Shown here: piece by piece, positions 62,924 through 64,000 of the stretch
Numbering within the stretch: position 1 is the first letter of the stretch
Layout: every line of letters starts with the position of its first letter
Assembly (NCBI GenBank): GCA_963827475.1
Contig: CAWHAZ010000005.1
Span: forward strand, 896,001 to 960,000
Source of the DNA: an uncultured Chloroflexia bacterium
GTDB taxonomy: Bacteria; Chloroflexota; Limnocylindria; QHBO01
Reading direction: 5' to 3'
Length of the DNA stretch: 64,000 nt
Program-made: the position numbers and the translations under genes
The notes under the pieces: generated by a model
What the model was told of the DNA's origin: nothing
Databases searched by the model: none
Seen by the model: only the letters and a program-made list of their open reading frames with translations

Positions 62924-62997
62924 TGGAGGCGACGACGGGATTCGAACCCGTGTACGCGGTTTTGCAGACCGCTCCCTGGCCACTCGGGCACGTCGCC
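62924..62997 (-). tRNA. tRNA-Cys(GCA)
   Basis: GGCGACG...GCGGT CTGCAAA ACCGC...TCCA. Confidence 0.96.
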
Positions 62998-63008
62998 ACC
63001 GACGTATC

Positions 63009-63083
63009 TGGCTGCCCCGCGAGGATTCGAACCTCGGTTCACGGATCCAAAGTCCGCTGTCCTGCCAGCTAGACGACGGGGCA
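63009..63083 (-). tRNA. tRNA-Gln(TTG)
   Basis: TGCCCCG...GCGGA CTTTGGA TCCGT...GCCA. Confidence 0.95.
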
Positions 63084-63126
63084 TCCCGATCGCGGCGAGG
63101 CTAGCAGAGCCCGCGGGGCAAAGAAA

Positions 63127-63202
63127 TGGAGCGGAAGACGGGACTCGAACCCGCGACCCTCACCTTGGCAAGGTGATGCTCTACCAACTGAGCCACTTCC
63201 GC
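63127..63202 (-). tRNA. tRNA-Gly(GCC)
   Basis: GCGGAAG...TCACC TTGCCAA GGTGA...TCCA. Confidence 0.97.
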
Positions 63203-63220
63203 CCGGTCAACGCCCTCGGT

Positions 63221-63296
63221 TGGTGCCGAGGGTCAGATTCGAACTGACGACACCCGCCTCTTCAGGGCGGTGCTCTACCAACTGAGCTACCTCGGC
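63221..63296 (-). tRNA. tRNA-Phe(GAA)
   Basis: GCCGAGG...CCGCC CTGAAGA GGCGG...ACCA. Confidence 0.96.
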
Positions 63297-63343
63297 CCAC
63301 GTCGGGCGCCGCTGGTCAGGATACCGATCGCCTTCGGCGTGGG

Positions 63344-64000
63344 TCAACTCGCCGAAGGTACGCCGCCCGCCGCATTCGCCGCGCTGGCCCCCGCCAGCGA
63401 CTCGAGGACGGCGATCCGCTCCGCCAGCGGCGGGTGGGTGTCCCACATCGAGCTCGACCGCTTCTCGAAGGCCTTGATCGGGTTGACGATGTACAGGTGC
63501 TGGGTGGCCTTGTTCGCCACCTCGAGCACCTCCGGGTCGTCGGCGATCTTGCGCAGGGCGCCGGCCAGGCCGAGGGGGTTGCGCGTCAGCTCGACGGCGC
63601 TGACATCGGCCAGCCCTTCCCGGCGACGGCTGGCGGCGAGCATGCACCAGTCGGCCGGCGATGGGGCTGAGCACTGCCAGCAGCAGCGCGACCACCGCGA
63701 GGATCGCCCCGGCGCCTCCGCCACCCTCGCTGCTCCCCCGCCGGCGACCGCTCACCCCGCCCCAGAACGAGATCCGCAGGAACCAATCCGCCAGCAGAGC
63801 GATCGTCCCGACCATGACCCCGATGAGGAGCATGAACCGGATGTCGAGGTTGCGGACATGGCTCATCTCGTGCGCGATGACGCCCTGCAGCTCCTCGCGG
63901 TCGAGCTTCTCCAGCAGTCCGGTCGTGACCGCGATCGAGGCGTGCTTCGGATCACGGCCGGTGGCGAAGGCATTGGGCGCGGTGTCGGGAATGACGTGGA
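63344..64000 (-). CDS. htpX: HtpX-like M48 zinc metalloprotease, C-terminal part; frameshift near 63643
   Basis: PNAFATG, VIAHEMSH, SRRREGLAD, THPPLAERI. Confidence 0.9.

Noticed and set aside
62751-63084. Short ORFs over the tRNA cluster
   Set aside because: Spurious; they overlap clear tRNA genes

Overview
High-GC bacterial chromosomal window. Gene content and order suggest Chloroflexota, possibly Limnocylindria-like, but that is inference only. Positions 1-51.3 kb are a core housekeeping region, almost all on the minus strand, in left-to-right order: nrnA-rbfA-infB-ylxR-nusA, rseP-dxr-cdsA-uppS-frr-pyrH-tsf-rpsB, yraN-rnhB-rplS-trmD-rimM-khpA-rpsP-ffh-ftsY-smc-rnc-acpP-nusB-plsX-rpmF, coaD-rsmD-recG-rpmB-dtd, rpe-rlmN-fmt-def-priA-gmk-rluA-lspA-ileS (with a T-box leader), ilvE, rpsR-ssb-rpsF. 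The right end carries five tRNA genes (Phe, Gly, Gln, Cys, Leu-UAA) and htpX. Between 51.3 and 62.8 kb lie two tandem accessory islands downstream of tRNA-Leu(UAA). Each ends in a copy of the tRNA 3' half followed by a shared ~42-bp non-tRNA arm, and no integrase is visible. Many essential genes carry single-base frameshifts, most likely assembly errors. Other notable points: probable non-canonical start codons (CTG, CTG, ACG), long acidic tails on S2/S6/S16, probable leaderless def and recG, and small unknown membrane genes where ispG/proS/rimP often sit. All protein calls come from motif recognition by eye; no database search was run.
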